Assembly (NCBI GenBank): GCA_965200625.1
Contig: OZ241375.1
Coordinates: forward strand, 2,344,078 to 2,408,077
Source of the DNA: Dehalococcoidia bacterium
GTDB lineage: Bacteria; Chloroflexota; Dehalococcoidia; Bin125
Length of the DNA stretch: 64,000 nt
Reading direction: 5' to 3'
Every line of letters begins with the position of its first letter. Position 1 is the stretch's first letter. Below, in pieces: positions 20,348-30,000 of this stretch. The notes below the pieces were generated by a model. That model saw only the letters and a program-made list of their open reading frames with translations. It was not told where the DNA came from and made no database searches. Made by a program: the position numbers and the translations under genes.

Positions 20348-21520
20348 ATGCGTGGGCTCTTGACCTCGGTGCGAACGTTGCTGCGAACGTTGCGGCGGAC
20401 AGTGCAGCGAACCGTGCGCGAACGCGGCGCGGCCGCGGCGCGGCGCTGCACGCGCGGGCGGCGGCGGCTGGAGTTGTACTGGCGCTGGTGGCGCAGCGAC
20501 CTCTGGCTCCTGGCCAAACGATCCGTCCAGGAGTTTGCCGACGACTACTGCGCCCAGCTCGCCGCCTCGATGTCGTACTACGTATTCTTCTCGCTGTTCC
20601 CGCTGGCGATTCTCGCCGTCTCGGTGGCGGGCGTGCTGCTCACCGATGACAGTCTGCGGGAGCGGGTGGTGGACGAGCTCTTCCAGCTGCTCCCTCTGCA
20701 ATCGGGCGCAGGCCGCGAGGATCTCGAAGCGCTGATCGAACCGATCGCCAGCGGCCGTTCGGCGGTCGGCGTGATCTCCGTGTTCGCTCTGCTCTGGGCG
20801 GCGACGGGCATGATGTCGGCGCTGCGCTACAGCCTCGACGCGGCCTGGGACCTCAAAATCCGCCGACCGTTCCTGCGCGCCAAGCTGGTCGATCTGGCGC
20901 TGCTGATCGGGCTCGGCGGACTGCTCCTGCTCTCCGTCGCGTCGACCGCCGTGCTCCAGGTCGGGCGAAGCCTGTCGGAGTCGATCGCCGATTCGCTCGG
21001 CCCGTTCGGGACGGAGGCGACCAGCCTCTTTCAGGTGCTGGCGGTGCTCGTGCCGTTTCTGCTGACCTGGACGACGTTCACGCTGATCTACAAGGTCGTC
21101 CCCAGCGTCACGGTGCGGCTGCGCGACGTGCTCGGCGGCGCTCTGATCGGGGCGCTGCTGTTCGAGGCGCTCAAGCACGGGTTCGCCTTCTACCTGCGCA
21201 ACTTCTCCCAATACGACGCCGTCTACGGCTCGCTGGGCGCGGCGATCGCGCTGCTCTTCTTCGTCTATCTCGCCGCCTGCGTCCTGTTGTTCGGCGCGGA
21301 GATCGCGTCGGAATGGCCGCGCGTGATGAATGGCGAGTACGACGAGCCGGAAGCGCAGCCAGGGGACGCCGCGTCGTTGCGGCGGCGCGTGCTCAACGTC
21401 GCCTCGCGGCAGCTGGTCGACGAGCAACCGCTGCCGACGAATCTGCCGGACCAAGCGGCGCGCGCCGCGCGCCTCCGGCGCCGCGCGCTGGAGCGGCGCG
21501 AGCGGCTCGGCGGCGACTAG
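20348..21520 (+). CDS. YihY/virulence factor BrkB family membrane protein
   Basis: AASMSYYVFFSLFPL, YGSLGAAIALL, LLFGAEI. Confidence 0.9.
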   Translation: MRGLLTSVRTLLRTLRRTVQRTVRERGAAAARRCTRGRRRLELYWRWWRSDLWLLAKRSVQEFADDYCAQLAASMSYYVFFSLFPLAILAVSVAGVLLTDDSLRERVVDELFQLLPLQSGAGREDLEALIEPIASGRSAVGVISVFALLWAATGMMSALRYSLDAAWDLKIRRPFLRAKLVDLALLIGLGGLLLLSVASTAVLQVGRSLSESIADSLGPFGTEATSLFQVLAVLVPFLLTWTTFTLIYKVVPSVTVRLRDVLGGALIGALLFEALKHGFAFYLRNFSQYDAVYGSLGAAIALLFFVYLAACVLLFGAEIASEWPRVMNGEYDEPEAQPGDAASLRRRVLNVASRQLVDEQPLPTNLPDQAARAARLRRRALERRERLGGD

Positions 21521-21551
21521 CGGCATCCCCATCTCCGGAGACCAACGGCGC

Positions 21552-24500
21552 TTAGGCGCGTGCGAGCGCCAGTGTGATTGCTGCCCCATCGATCTCCGCT
21601 TCAGTCCGATGCGCCGCCCCCTGCTGATCCGCATCTTGCCGATCCGCGCCGTCAGCTGAGATTGAGGTGGCCAGCGTCTCCGCCGCGATCAGCGCTTCAA
21701 ACTCTGCCACAGCGGCAGCCAACGCGTCGTCAGCGGCGGACAACTGCAACACGATGCGGTCGTCGGGATCGAGCCCGGAGTCGCGCCGCAGCGCCTGGAT
21801 GCGGTTGATCACCTCCCGCGCCTTGCCCTCGGCGACCAGGGCGTTCGTCAGTTCGGTCGAGAGCTGCACCGCGCAGCGTTCATCTTCCGCTGACGCCGCT
21901 TCGGACGCCGTGTCCGTGTCCACCTCGATCAGCAGATCGCCGGTCTGCAGATTGACGCCTTCGATCTCGATCGCCTGCCCGGCCTCGGCCGCCTGCGCAA
22001 TGCGCGCGGCCAGCTCCGGCGGGAGCGCGCTCAACGCGGCGCGCAGCGCGGGGAGCCTGCGCCCGAGCCGCGGCCCCAGCACCCGCAGGTTTGGTTTGAT
22101 CGTGTAGCGGCGGGCGTCGGCTGCCGCGTCCGCCAGCGTGACCGCCTTGACGTTCAGCTCCTCGGCGATCGTCGCGCGGTGCCGCTCCACCGCCGCCGCG
22201 TCCCCCGCCGAGCGCACCGCCACGCTGACCGCCGGGAGCGGCTGCCGCACCCGGATCCCGGCCGCGCTGCGCGCCGCCCGGCCCAGCGAGGCGACGCGCT
22301 GCACCAGCTCCATGTCGCGGTTCAGCGCCGCATCAACCAGTGCGGCGTCCACCGCCGGCCAGTCCGCCAGATGCACCGATTCGGCGGCCTCGGCGTCCCG
22401 CTCCGCGGCGAGATTGCGCCAGATGTCCTCAGCCAGATAGGGCGTCAGCGGCGCGAGCAGTCGGGCCAGCGTCGCGAGCACGGTGTAGAGCGTCTGATAG
22501 GCGCTGCGCTTCGCGTCGCGGTCGGCCGCCGCGCCGCCCCGCGCCGACGACCAGAACCGCCGCCGGCTGCGCCGCACGTACCAGTTCGAGAGCGAGTCGA
22601 CGAACCCGTCAATCTCGCGCGTCGCCGTCGTCGGGTCATAATCGTCCAACGCCGCCGTCACGCGGCCGATCAGGGCGTGGAGTTCGCTGATGATCCAGCG
22701 GTCCAGCTCGACCGTCGGCGGCGTCGGGTCGGCGGCCGGCCGCCAACCGTCGATGTTGGCGTAGGTCACGAAGAAGGAGTACGTATTCCAGAGCGTGTGC
22801 AGGAAGCGGCGCTGCGCCTCGCTGACCAGCCGCTCCGAGAAGCGACGCGGGTTGCCCGCCGGCGAGGCGACGTAGCAGTACCAGCGCAGCGCGTCCGCGC
22901 CGCTCTGATCGAGCACCGTCCACGGATCGACCACGTTGCCCTTCGACTTCGACATCTTCTCGCCGCTTTCGTCGAGGATGTGGCCCAGCGAGATTACGTG
23001 GCGGAACGAGGTCGGCGCGGGCACGGCCTCGGCGTGGTGCAGCATCGCCGCCTCGGCGTGCAGCGAGTAGAACCAGCCGCGCGTCTGATCGACCGCCTCG
23101 CAGATGAAGTCGGCCGGGAAGCGCTCGGCGAAGCGGTCCTGATTCTCGAACGGATAGTGCCACTGCGCATAGGGCATCGCGCCGGAGTCAAACCAGGCGT
23201 CGGCGACCTCCGGACAGCGCCGCGCCGCCGCGCCGCAGCGCTCGCAGCCGATTTCGATCTCGTCCACGTACGGCCGGTGCGGATCGGAGAGATCCGGCTC
23301 GACGCTGCTGAACGCCTGGGCGCGTTCCCGCAGTTCGGCAAACGATCCGATGCAGGCCACGTCGCCGCAGGCGGTGCAGCGCCAGAACGGCAGCGGCGTC
23401 CCCCAGTAGCGCTCGCGGCTGACCGCCCAGTCGACATTGTTGGCCAGCCAGTCGCCGTAGCGCCCGGTGCCGGTGTGCTCGGGATGCCAGTGGATCAGTT
23501 CCGTGTTGGAGCGGAGCAGCGAGTCCTTCGCCTGCGAGGTGGCGATGTACCAGCTGGGCTTGGCGTAGTAGAGCAGCGGCGTATCGCAGCGCCAGCAGTA
23601 GGGATAGGTGTGTTCGTAGACGTCCCGGCGCAGCAGGAGGCCGCGCGCCTCCAGGTCGTCCATGATCAGCGGGTCGGCGTCCTTGACCCACTTGCCGATG
23701 AACGCCGGCGCGTCCGCGGAGTCGGGATCCCCGACGATTCGCCCGCCGAGGTCGACCGGCTGGCGAAACAGCAGCCCCGCCTCGCGGCCCAGCAGATAGT
23801 CGTCCTCGCCGAAGGCGGGCGCGATGTGGACGATGCCGGTCCCGCTTTCCATCTCGACGAAGCTGGCGCCAGCGACGTGGCGCGGCGGGAGCGGGCCGTC
23901 CGCGTCGCGCCATTCAAGCAGACGCGCGCCCTCGAAGCGGTAGGCGGGCACGCCCCAGCGGTCAGGCGCGTAGAGGCCGTCGTAGGTCACGCCGACCAAC
24001 TCCGCGCCCGCCACCATCCCGATGACCGTCAGCTGATCGACCGCATCCCCCAGCGCCGACTCGAGCAGTTGGCGCGCGAGGATGACGCGCTCGCCCTCGG
24101 CGATTTCGACCACGACGTAGGATTCCTCCGGGTTCAGCGCGAGACCGGAGTTGGCGGGCAGCGTCCAGGGTGTGGTCGTCCAGGCGAGGAAGTCGGTGGC
24201 GCCGGCCCAGCGCAGCGGCTCGGGCAGGGTGTCGTTGTGCGCGCGGAAGCGCACCGTCACCGCCTGGTCGCGGACGCCCTCCTGCATCCCCTGCGACAGC
24301 TCATGGCTGGACAGCGAGGTCTCGCAGCGCGGACAGTGCGGCGTCGTCCGCCGCGCCTCATAAATCAGCCCCGCGTCCCACAGCGTCTTGAAAATCCACC
24401 AGCACGACTCGACGTACTCCGGCGTATAGGTGCGGTAGGCGTCGGACATATCGATCCAGAACGCCACCCGATCGGTCATGTCCTCCCACTGCTGGACGTA

Positions 24501-24947
24501 TTCCATCACCGACTCGCGGCAATGGCGGTTGAACGCGGCGATCCCGTAGCGCTCGATCGCCGGCTTGCTGTCGAGGCCGAGCTGTTTCTCGACCTCGATT
24601 TCGACTGGCAAACCGTGCGTGTCCCAGCCGCCCTTGCGCGGGACGCGCTTGCCGCGCATCGTCTGATAGCGCGGAAAGAGATCCTTGAACACGCGCGAGA
24701 GCACGTGATGCACGCCAGGCGTCCCGTTGGCGGTCGGCGGGCCTTCGTAGAACGAGTAGATGTCGTCGGTGGGCCGCTCCTCGACGGAGCGGCGGAAGAT
24801 ATCGCGCTCCCGCCAGAACTCGCGGATCCGCGCCTCGAGTTCGCGGTGCGGCATCAGCGAGCCGACCGGCCGGAAGGCGGGCGCGGAATCGGAAGCGGGG
24901 TCGGAATCGGGTTCGGTGGGTGCGGCGCGGGTAGCGGAATCAACCAT
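21552..24947 (-). CDS. ileS: Isoleucine--tRNA ligase, type 2
   Basis: EGPPTANG, GWDTHGLPVE, WTTTPWTLP, DQTRGWFY, KMSKS; no C-terminal Zn finger. Confidence 0.96.
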   Translation of the reverse strand: MVDSATRAAPTEPDSDPASDSAPAFRPVGSLMPHRELEARIREFWRERDIFRRSVEERPTDDIYSFYEGPPTANGTPGVHHVLSRVFKDLFPRYQTMRGKRVPRKGGWDTHGLPVEIEVEKQLGLDSKPAIERYGIAAFNRHCRESVMEYVQQWEDMTDRVAFWIDMSDAYRTYTPEYVESCWWIFKTLWDAGLIYEARRTTPHCPRCETSLSSHELSQGMQEGVRDQAVTVRFRAHNDTLPEPLRWAGATDFLAWTTTPWTLPANSGLALNPEESYVVVEIAEGERVILARQLLESALGDAVDQLTVIGMVAGAELVGVTYDGLYAPDRWGVPAYRFEGARLLEWRDADGPLPPRHVAGASFVEMESGTGIVHIAPAFGEDDYLLGREAGLLFRQPVDLGGRIVGDPDSADAPAFIGKWVKDADPLIMDDLEARGLLLRRDVYEHTYPYCWRCDTPLLYYAKPSWYIATSQAKDSLLRSNTELIHWHPEHTGTGRYGDWLANNVDWAVSRERYWGTPLPFWRCTACGDVACIGSFAELRERAQAFSSVEPDLSDPHRPYVDEIEIGCERCGAAARRCPEVADAWFDSGAMPYAQWHYPFENQDRFAERFPADFICEAVDQTRGWFYSLHAEAAMLHHAEAVPAPTSFRHVISLGHILDESGEKMSKSKGNVVDPWTVLDQSGADALRWYCYVASPAGNPRRFSERLVSEAQRRFLHTLWNTYSFFVTYANIDGWRPAADPTPPTVELDRWIISELHALIGRVTAALDDYDPTTATREIDGFVDSLSNWYVRRSRRRFWSSARGGAAADRDAKRSAYQTLYTVLATLARLLAPLTPYLAEDIWRNLAAERDAEAAESVHLADWPAVDAALVDAALNRDMELVQRVASLGRAARSAAGIRVRQPLPAVSVAVRSAGDAAAVERHRATIAEELNVKAVTLADAAADARRYTIKPNLRVLGPRLGRRLPALRAALSALPPELAARIAQAAEAGQAIEIEGVNLQTGDLLIEVDTDTASEAASAEDERCAVQLSTELTNALVAEGKAREVINRIQALRRDSGLDPDDRIVLQLSAADDALAAAVAEFEALIAAETLATSISADGADRQDADQQGAAHRTEAEIDGAAITLALARA

Positions 24948-25251
24948 CGGTGGGGGAATCCTTGGGATATCGTTTCGCGAGCTGGACATCGGCCAGGGCG
25001 GAGATGCGCTCGCGGGTCGCGGGGTCGAGCAGGTCGGCAGCTTCTTCGAGCTGCTCGCTAATCCAGCCGCGCGCCTCTCGGGCCGAGGCCGCCTGGCCGC
25101 GGCGGCGGGACTGGTCAACCAGCGCCTGCGCCGCGCGTTCGGGATAACGGGCGACCGTCTCGGCGACGTCGGCCGCGCGCGGCGGACGGGCGCTGGGCCG
25201 CCCCTGACCGCCCATCAGGCGCATCCAACGCTGCGTCGTCGAGTCTGCCAT
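24940..25251 (-). CDS. Hypothetical 103-aa protein overlapping the ileS start
   Basis: AAGGA RBS; stop overlaps ileS start (ATGGTTGA). Confidence 0.65.
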   Translation of the reverse strand: MADSTTQRWMRLMGGQGRPSARPPRAADVAETVARYPERAAQALVDQSRRRGQAASAREARGWISEQLEEAADLLDPATRERISALADVQLAKRYPKDSPTDG

Positions 25252-25286
25252 GTTGTCCTTCTGCGCCCGCGGGAGACTCGATGAGC

Positions 25287-25760
25287 TTACGAGCGGATGC
25301 GCTCAAAGTCTGGCGCGACGACGCCCGGCTTCGGCGCGATCAGCCCGCGCCGCAGGTCCTGGTTGATGCCCTCGACGCGGCACGGGCGCATCCCCCAGCG
25401 CTGCTGGATCTCGTCCATCTGATAGCCCAGCGACATAATCCGCTTCACCGTCGTGCAGAAGACCGGGCGATCGCCGCGCGGCAGGAACGGGACTTCAATC
25501 ATGTCCCCGCACATCGCGCAGCCGGCCGGGTGCATCTGGCGCGGCGTCCGACCGCCGAACGAGGCGGCGCCGCCGTAGCGCACGTAGCCGGCCTCAGCCT
25601 CCGGCGAGGGGCGGATCGACTTGCGCACCGAGCGGCACTCCGGGCAGCGCACCGGATCGTTCTGCAGCCCCTTGGATTGGTAGAACTCCTGCTCTCCCGA
25701 AGTGAAAACGAATTCGCGTCCGCAGTCGCGGCAAACGATCGAGCGATCCTGCAAGGCCAT
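25287..25760 (-). CDS. Zinc-ribbon protein (zf-trcl plus CxxC-x17-CxxC type) with atypical C-terminus
   Basis: CRDCGREFVFTSGEQEFY...PVRCPEC; CAMCG..VPFLPRGDRPVFC. Confidence 0.85.
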   Translation of the reverse strand: MALQDRSIVCRDCGREFVFTSGEQEFYQSKGLQNDPVRCPECRSVRKSIRPSPEAEAGYVRYGGAASFGGRTPRQMHPAGCAMCGDMIEVPFLPRGDRPVFCTTVKRIMSLGYQMDEIQQRWGMRPCRVEGINQDLRRGLIAPKPGVVAPDFERIRS

Positions 25761-25904
25761 GGTTTCTCGCAATAGTGTCGGCGGCTGGATGTCTGTGAGC
25801 CGATCAGGGCCGGAACAATGTCAAACAACTCTACCAGAGCCGACGCCAGATTCCGCCAGGCTCGATCCGCACTGGGCGGCAGCACGGGCCGTCCGCCCGC
25901 CGGC

Positions 25905-27530
25905 TCAGCGCCGCAGTGCACGCGAGAGCACAGATTCGAGCCGCAGGATCAGCACCTCCGCCTCTTCCTGCCGCAGGATCAGGCTGAGCGCGAGATAGAG
26001 CACCCCGCCGCCGCTCACGCACAGCGCGAGTGAGAGCCACGAGTCGCGGGCGATCTCGAGGCCGCCCAGCACCTCGATCAGCAGCCAGACCAGCTGACCC
26101 ATCAGCGCTGCCGCGACGATCGTCTTCAGCGTTGACCACCAGACGAGCCGCGACAGTACCTGCAGCCGGCCCTGCAGCAGCGCGATCAGCAGCAGAAACT
26201 CCGCGATCGCCGAGATCGACAACGCCAGCGCCAGCCCCTGCAACTCCATCGGCCCGACCAGCAGCGTCGAGAGGATGATGTTGAGCAGCATCGACGAGAC
26301 CGCCAACGCGACCGGCGTCCGCGTATCGCCGAGCACGTAGAAGCCGCGCGAGACGATCTCAATCGCGGCATGGGCGAACAGGCCGATCGAGAAATAGAGC
26401 AGCGCGTCGCTGACCAAGGCGGTTGCGGCGGCGTCGAAGGCGTTGTGTTCCAGCAGCGTGGCGACGATCGACTCGCGCAGCAGCAGCATCCCGATCGTGG
26501 CCGGGATCGCCAGAAACAGGGTGAAGCGCAGCGTCTGCGAGACCATCGCGCGGACCGCGCTCGGCCCGCCGCTGGCGGCGCGTTCGGCCAGGCTGGGGAA
26601 GATCGCCGTGGCCAGCGACATCCCGAACACGCCGACCGGGAACATCAACAGCAGCCAGGCGTAGTTGAGCGCCGAGATCGACGAGTCGCCGACCAGCGAG
26701 CCGAAGAACGTCAGCACGATCAGGTTGATCTGCGCGGCGGCCAGCCCCAAGGTGCGCGGCCCCATCAGGCGCAGCACCTCCCGCACTTCCAGGTCGCGCA
26801 GGTTGAAGTGCAGCCCCAGTCCGCCGCCCGAGCGCGACAACGCCGTAGACAGCGCCGGCAGCTGGATCAGCAGATGCAACCCCGAGCCGGCGACCGTGCC
26901 GATCACCAGCGCTTCCACGCCCAACTCTTTCGGCAGCAGCAGGGCGCTGAGGATGATCGCGAGGTTGTAGAGCATCGGCGAGAGCGCCGGCAGCAAGAAG
27001 TGCTGCCGCGCGTGGAGGATGCCGGTCAGCATCCCGCTGAGCGCAAACAGAATCGGCGAGAGCAGCAGCACCCGCGTGAGAAAGATGGCGTCGTCGAGGA
27101 GCAGGTCCCGGTTGCCCGAGTCCTCGCCCAATCCCGGCGCCAGCGCGGGCACGATCCAGTCGGCGGCAAAGAACACGCCGACCGCCAGGGCGATCGTGCC
27201 GAGGAGCACCCAGTTGAGGACGATGCTGGCCAAGCGCCAAGCCTCGCGCTCGCCGCGTCCGTGCAGCACGCGCGTGTAGACGGGGATAAAGGCCGAGGCC
27301 AGCGTTGCGCCGGCCAGCAGCTGGAAGACGAGGTCGGGCAGCCGCATGGCGACCCAGTAGACGTCCAGCTCGACCGTTGCGCCGTACTGGTCGGCGAAGA
27401 CCACCGCCCGCGCCGCGCCCAGCAGCCGCGAGCCGAGGAACGACAGGCCAATCAGCAGCACCGCCCCGACCACGCTGCTGCGGCTGCCAAACAATCGCCC
27501 GCCCAATGACGCCGGAGAGTTCAGACTCAC
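25905..27530 (-). CDS. murJ: Lipid II flippase MurJ (start uncertain)
   Basis: SRLLG, RLPDLVF, AFIPVY, FYVLGDTRTPV; many TM segments. Confidence 0.92.
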   Translation of the reverse strand: MSLNSPASLGGRLFGSRSSVVGAVLLIGLSFLGSRLLGAARAVVFADQYGATVELDVYWVAMRLPDLVFQLLAGATLASAFIPVYTRVLHGRGEREAWRLASIVLNWVLLGTIALAVGVFFAADWIVPALAPGLGEDSGNRDLLLDDAIFLTRVLLLSPILFALSGMLTGILHARQHFLLPALSPMLYNLAIILSALLLPKELGVEALVIGTVAGSGLHLLIQLPALSTALSRSGGGLGLHFNLRDLEVREVLRLMGPRTLGLAAAQINLIVLTFFGSLVGDSSISALNYAWLLLMFPVGVFGMSLATAIFPSLAERAASGGPSAVRAMVSQTLRFTLFLAIPATIGMLLLRESIVATLLEHNAFDAAATALVSDALLYFSIGLFAHAAIEIVSRGFYVLGDTRTPVALAVSSMLLNIILSTLLVGPMELQGLALALSISAIAEFLLLIALLQGRLQVLSRLVWWSTLKTIVAAALMGQLVWLLIEVLGGLEIARDSWLSLALCVSGGGVLYLALSLILRQEEAEVLILRLESVLSRALRR

Positions 27531-27713
27531 CCGCTCACTGTCGCAAACTCCTGTTACATATGCACCCCGTCCCCCGCTCCTGCGCCGCTCGTCACGCCGA
27601 TTGCGCCGACGCGGCGGTTGGCGGCGGAGTACGGTATCAAGCAGGAGGCGGCTGCCTCTAGACACTCACGGCTCGGCTGATACGCTGGGGCGGACCGGGA
27701 AAGAGGGGTTGTC

Positions 27714-28046
27714 GTGGCCAACAAGGCTGCCGCTATCAAATATCTGCGCCAGAGCCAAAAGCGGCGAATGCGCAACAAGCCGATCCGTACCTACGCCCGC
27801 GGCACCGTCCGCTCCGCGCTTGACGCGATCGATGACGCCGTCGACACGCAGGAGTGGACGGACGCGGATCAGGCGATTCAACGCGCGGTGAGCGCGCTCG
27901 ACCGCGCCGCCCAGCTCGGCGTGCTACACGCCAACACCGCCTCCCGGCGCAAGTCGCGGCTGCTGCGCCAGTACCATACCGCGCGCCAGCCGGACGTCGT
28001 CCGCCGCTCCCGCATCCGTCCGCCCGAGCCGGCCCGCACGCCCTAG
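27714..28046 (+). CDS. rpsT: 30S ribosomal protein S20
   Basis: ANKAAAIK..RQSQKRRMRNK, LDRAAQLGVLHANTASRRKSRL. Confidence 0.93.
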   Translation: MANKAAAIKYLRQSQKRRMRNKPIRTYARGTVRSALDAIDDAVDTQEWTDADQAIQRAVSALDRAAQLGVLHANTASRRKSRLLRQYHTARQPDVVRRSRIRPPEPARTP

Positions 28047-28105
28047 CGTTCCGCCCCGTTCGGGCCGCCCCGGCGTGCGCGGCGCGCGCCGCGATTGGAT
28101 CTCCC

Positions 28106-29140
28106 ATGCGCGCACTGATCTTCGACCGCCCCGGTGAGATTCGGGTCGCCGAGCTGCCGTCGCCGCAGCCGGGACCGGGCGAGGCGCTGATCGAGGTCGG
28201 CGCAGCCAGCGTTTGCGCCTCCGACCTGCGCGTCTACCGCGGCGAAAAGTACGCCCGCCCCGGCGTCGTGCCCGGCCACGAGTTCGCCGGCCGCGTGATC
28301 GCGCTCGGCAGCGGCGTCGACAATCTGCAGCTCGGCGACGGCGTCGCCGTCTATCCGATCATCGCCTGCGGCGGCTGCGACTTCTGCCGCCGCGGTCTGC
28401 GCAACCGTTGCAGCGCGCGGCGCACGCTCGGCTACGACGCCAACGGCGGCCTGGCCGAGCAGGTCCTGCTGCCCGCTCCGCTCGTCGCGCAGGGTCACGC
28501 GGTGAAGCTCACTGAGGGCGCGGACTGGGGCCGCGCCGCGCTCACCGAACCGACCGCCTGCGTGCTCAACTCCCTCGAATCCTGCCGCTTCCGCGCCGGC
28601 GTCAGCGTCGCCGTGCTCGGTGCGGGGCCGATGGGTCTGCTCCACGTCCTGCTTGCGCGGGCTCTGGGCGCGGGCGAGATCATTGTCTCGGAACCGGTCG
28701 AGGCGCGCCGCGAGGCCGCCGCCGCGATCGGCGCGAGCCGCGTCTGCAGCGGCGATCCGGATGAGCTTGCGGCAGTCGTCGCCGAGGCCACGGGCGGCAA
28801 CGGCTGCGACATCGTGATCGTCTCTGTCGGTCTCAACGGCCTGACCGAGGCCGCGCTGCGCGTCGCGGGACGCCAGAGCAGCGTCAACCTGTTCGCCGGC
28901 TTTCCGCCCGAATCATCCGCCGTGATCGACGTCAACGACCTTCATTACCGCGAGGTCTCGCTGACCGGCACCCAGAACGCGACCCCAGACCAGTTCCGCC
29001 GCACGGCGACGCTCCTGCCGACGCTGGACGCCGTCGACCGCATCGTCTCGCACCGCTTCCCGCTCGCTGCCGCCGATCAGTCCTACACCTCGCGCGCCGA
29101 TCCGGCGGTGCTCAAGACCGCCGTGCTGCCGGACGCCTGA
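28106..29140 (+). CDS. Zinc-dependent alcohol/polyol dehydrogenase (MDR family)
   Basis: CASD, GHEFAG, CGGCDFC...C, GAGPMG; likely start ATG 28106. Confidence 0.92.
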   Translation: MRALIFDRPGEIRVAELPSPQPGPGEALIEVGAASVCASDLRVYRGEKYARPGVVPGHEFAGRVIALGSGVDNLQLGDGVAVYPIIACGGCDFCRRGLRNRCSARRTLGYDANGGLAEQVLLPAPLVAQGHAVKLTEGADWGRAALTEPTACVLNSLESCRFRAGVSVAVLGAGPMGLLHVLLARALGAGEIIVSEPVEARREAAAAIGASRVCSGDPDELAAVVAEATGGNGCDIVIVSVGLNGLTEAALRVAGRQSSVNLFAGFPPESSAVIDVNDLHYREVSLTGTQNATPDQFRRTATLLPTLDAVDRIVSHRFPLAAADQSYTSRADPAVLKTAVLPDA

Positions 29141-29142
29141 TC

Positions 29143-30000
29143 ATGATGGGCGGCGACGGGAACCTGACCGGGATTGGCGAGGAGCTGCGTCAGGCGCGGG
29201 TGCGGCGCGGCCGCTCCATCGCCCAGGCGCATCAGGCGACCCGCATCGCGCGGCGCTATCTGGAGGCGCTCGAAGCGGAAGACTGGCGGAGCTTGCCCGC
29301 CGCGCCCTTCGCGCGCGGCTTCCTCAGCTCCTACGCCCAATACCTCGGCCTCGACGAAGGCCCGCTGCTGGCCCGCTTCCCCTTCCAGCCCACCGCGCCC
29401 GGCGAAGGGTTGCAGCTCACTGAGGAGACGGTCGAGTCCTACCAGTCCGCGCAGCTCAGCGCGGGCGCGCGTGAGGAATTGCGTCCACCGCGCATCCATC
29501 TCGGCCCCTGGCTCGCCGCCGCGTTGGTGGTGCTGGTGATCATCGGCGCGGTGGTCGCGCTTGTCAGCCTGCGCGACGAAGTCGAGCCGGTCGCGGAGAC
29601 GCGCCGCGTGCCCGGGATCGACAGCAGCGCCGAGACGCTCGAACAACTCACCGCCGCGCCCGCCGCGACCAGCGCCTATTTCTCCGCTCTGCCCGACTTG
29701 ATTCAGTACACCTCGCGGGAGGCGATCAACTACATCAAGACGCTCGGCGCGCCCTACATCGTCGTCTCGGTCTACGATGACTCGCCGCTCGGCACCGTCC
29801 TGGCGCAGTCGCCGGGAGCCGGCGCGCCGCCGCCCGAAGACTCGGTGATCACGCTCGTCGTCAGCCGCGGCCCGCGCCCCGGGACAACGCCCAGCGCCAC
29901 GCCCAGTACGACGGACGCCGCCGAAGCGACCGAGACAACAGACACCGCTGAGCCGACTGACACAGCCGAGGCGGCCGATCCGGCAGGCGGCGGCGGATGA
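29143..30000 (+). CDS. RodZ-like HTH membrane protein with PASTA domain
   Basis: IGEELRQAR...YLEALE...RGFLSSYAQYLGL, one TM segment, GTVLAQSP..ITLVVSRG; precedes rimO. Confidence 0.82.
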   Translation: MMGGDGNLTGIGEELRQARVRRGRSIAQAHQATRIARRYLEALEAEDWRSLPAAPFARGFLSSYAQYLGLDEGPLLARFPFQPTAPGEGLQLTEETVESYQSAQLSAGAREELRPPRIHLGPWLAAALVVLVIIGAVVALVSLRDEVEPVAETRRVPGIDSSAETLEQLTAAPAATSAYFSALPDLIQYTSREAINYIKTLGAPYIVVSVYDDSPLGTVLAQSPGAGAPPPEDSVITLVVSRGPRPGTTPSATPSTTDAAEATETTDTAEPTDTAEAADPAGGGG

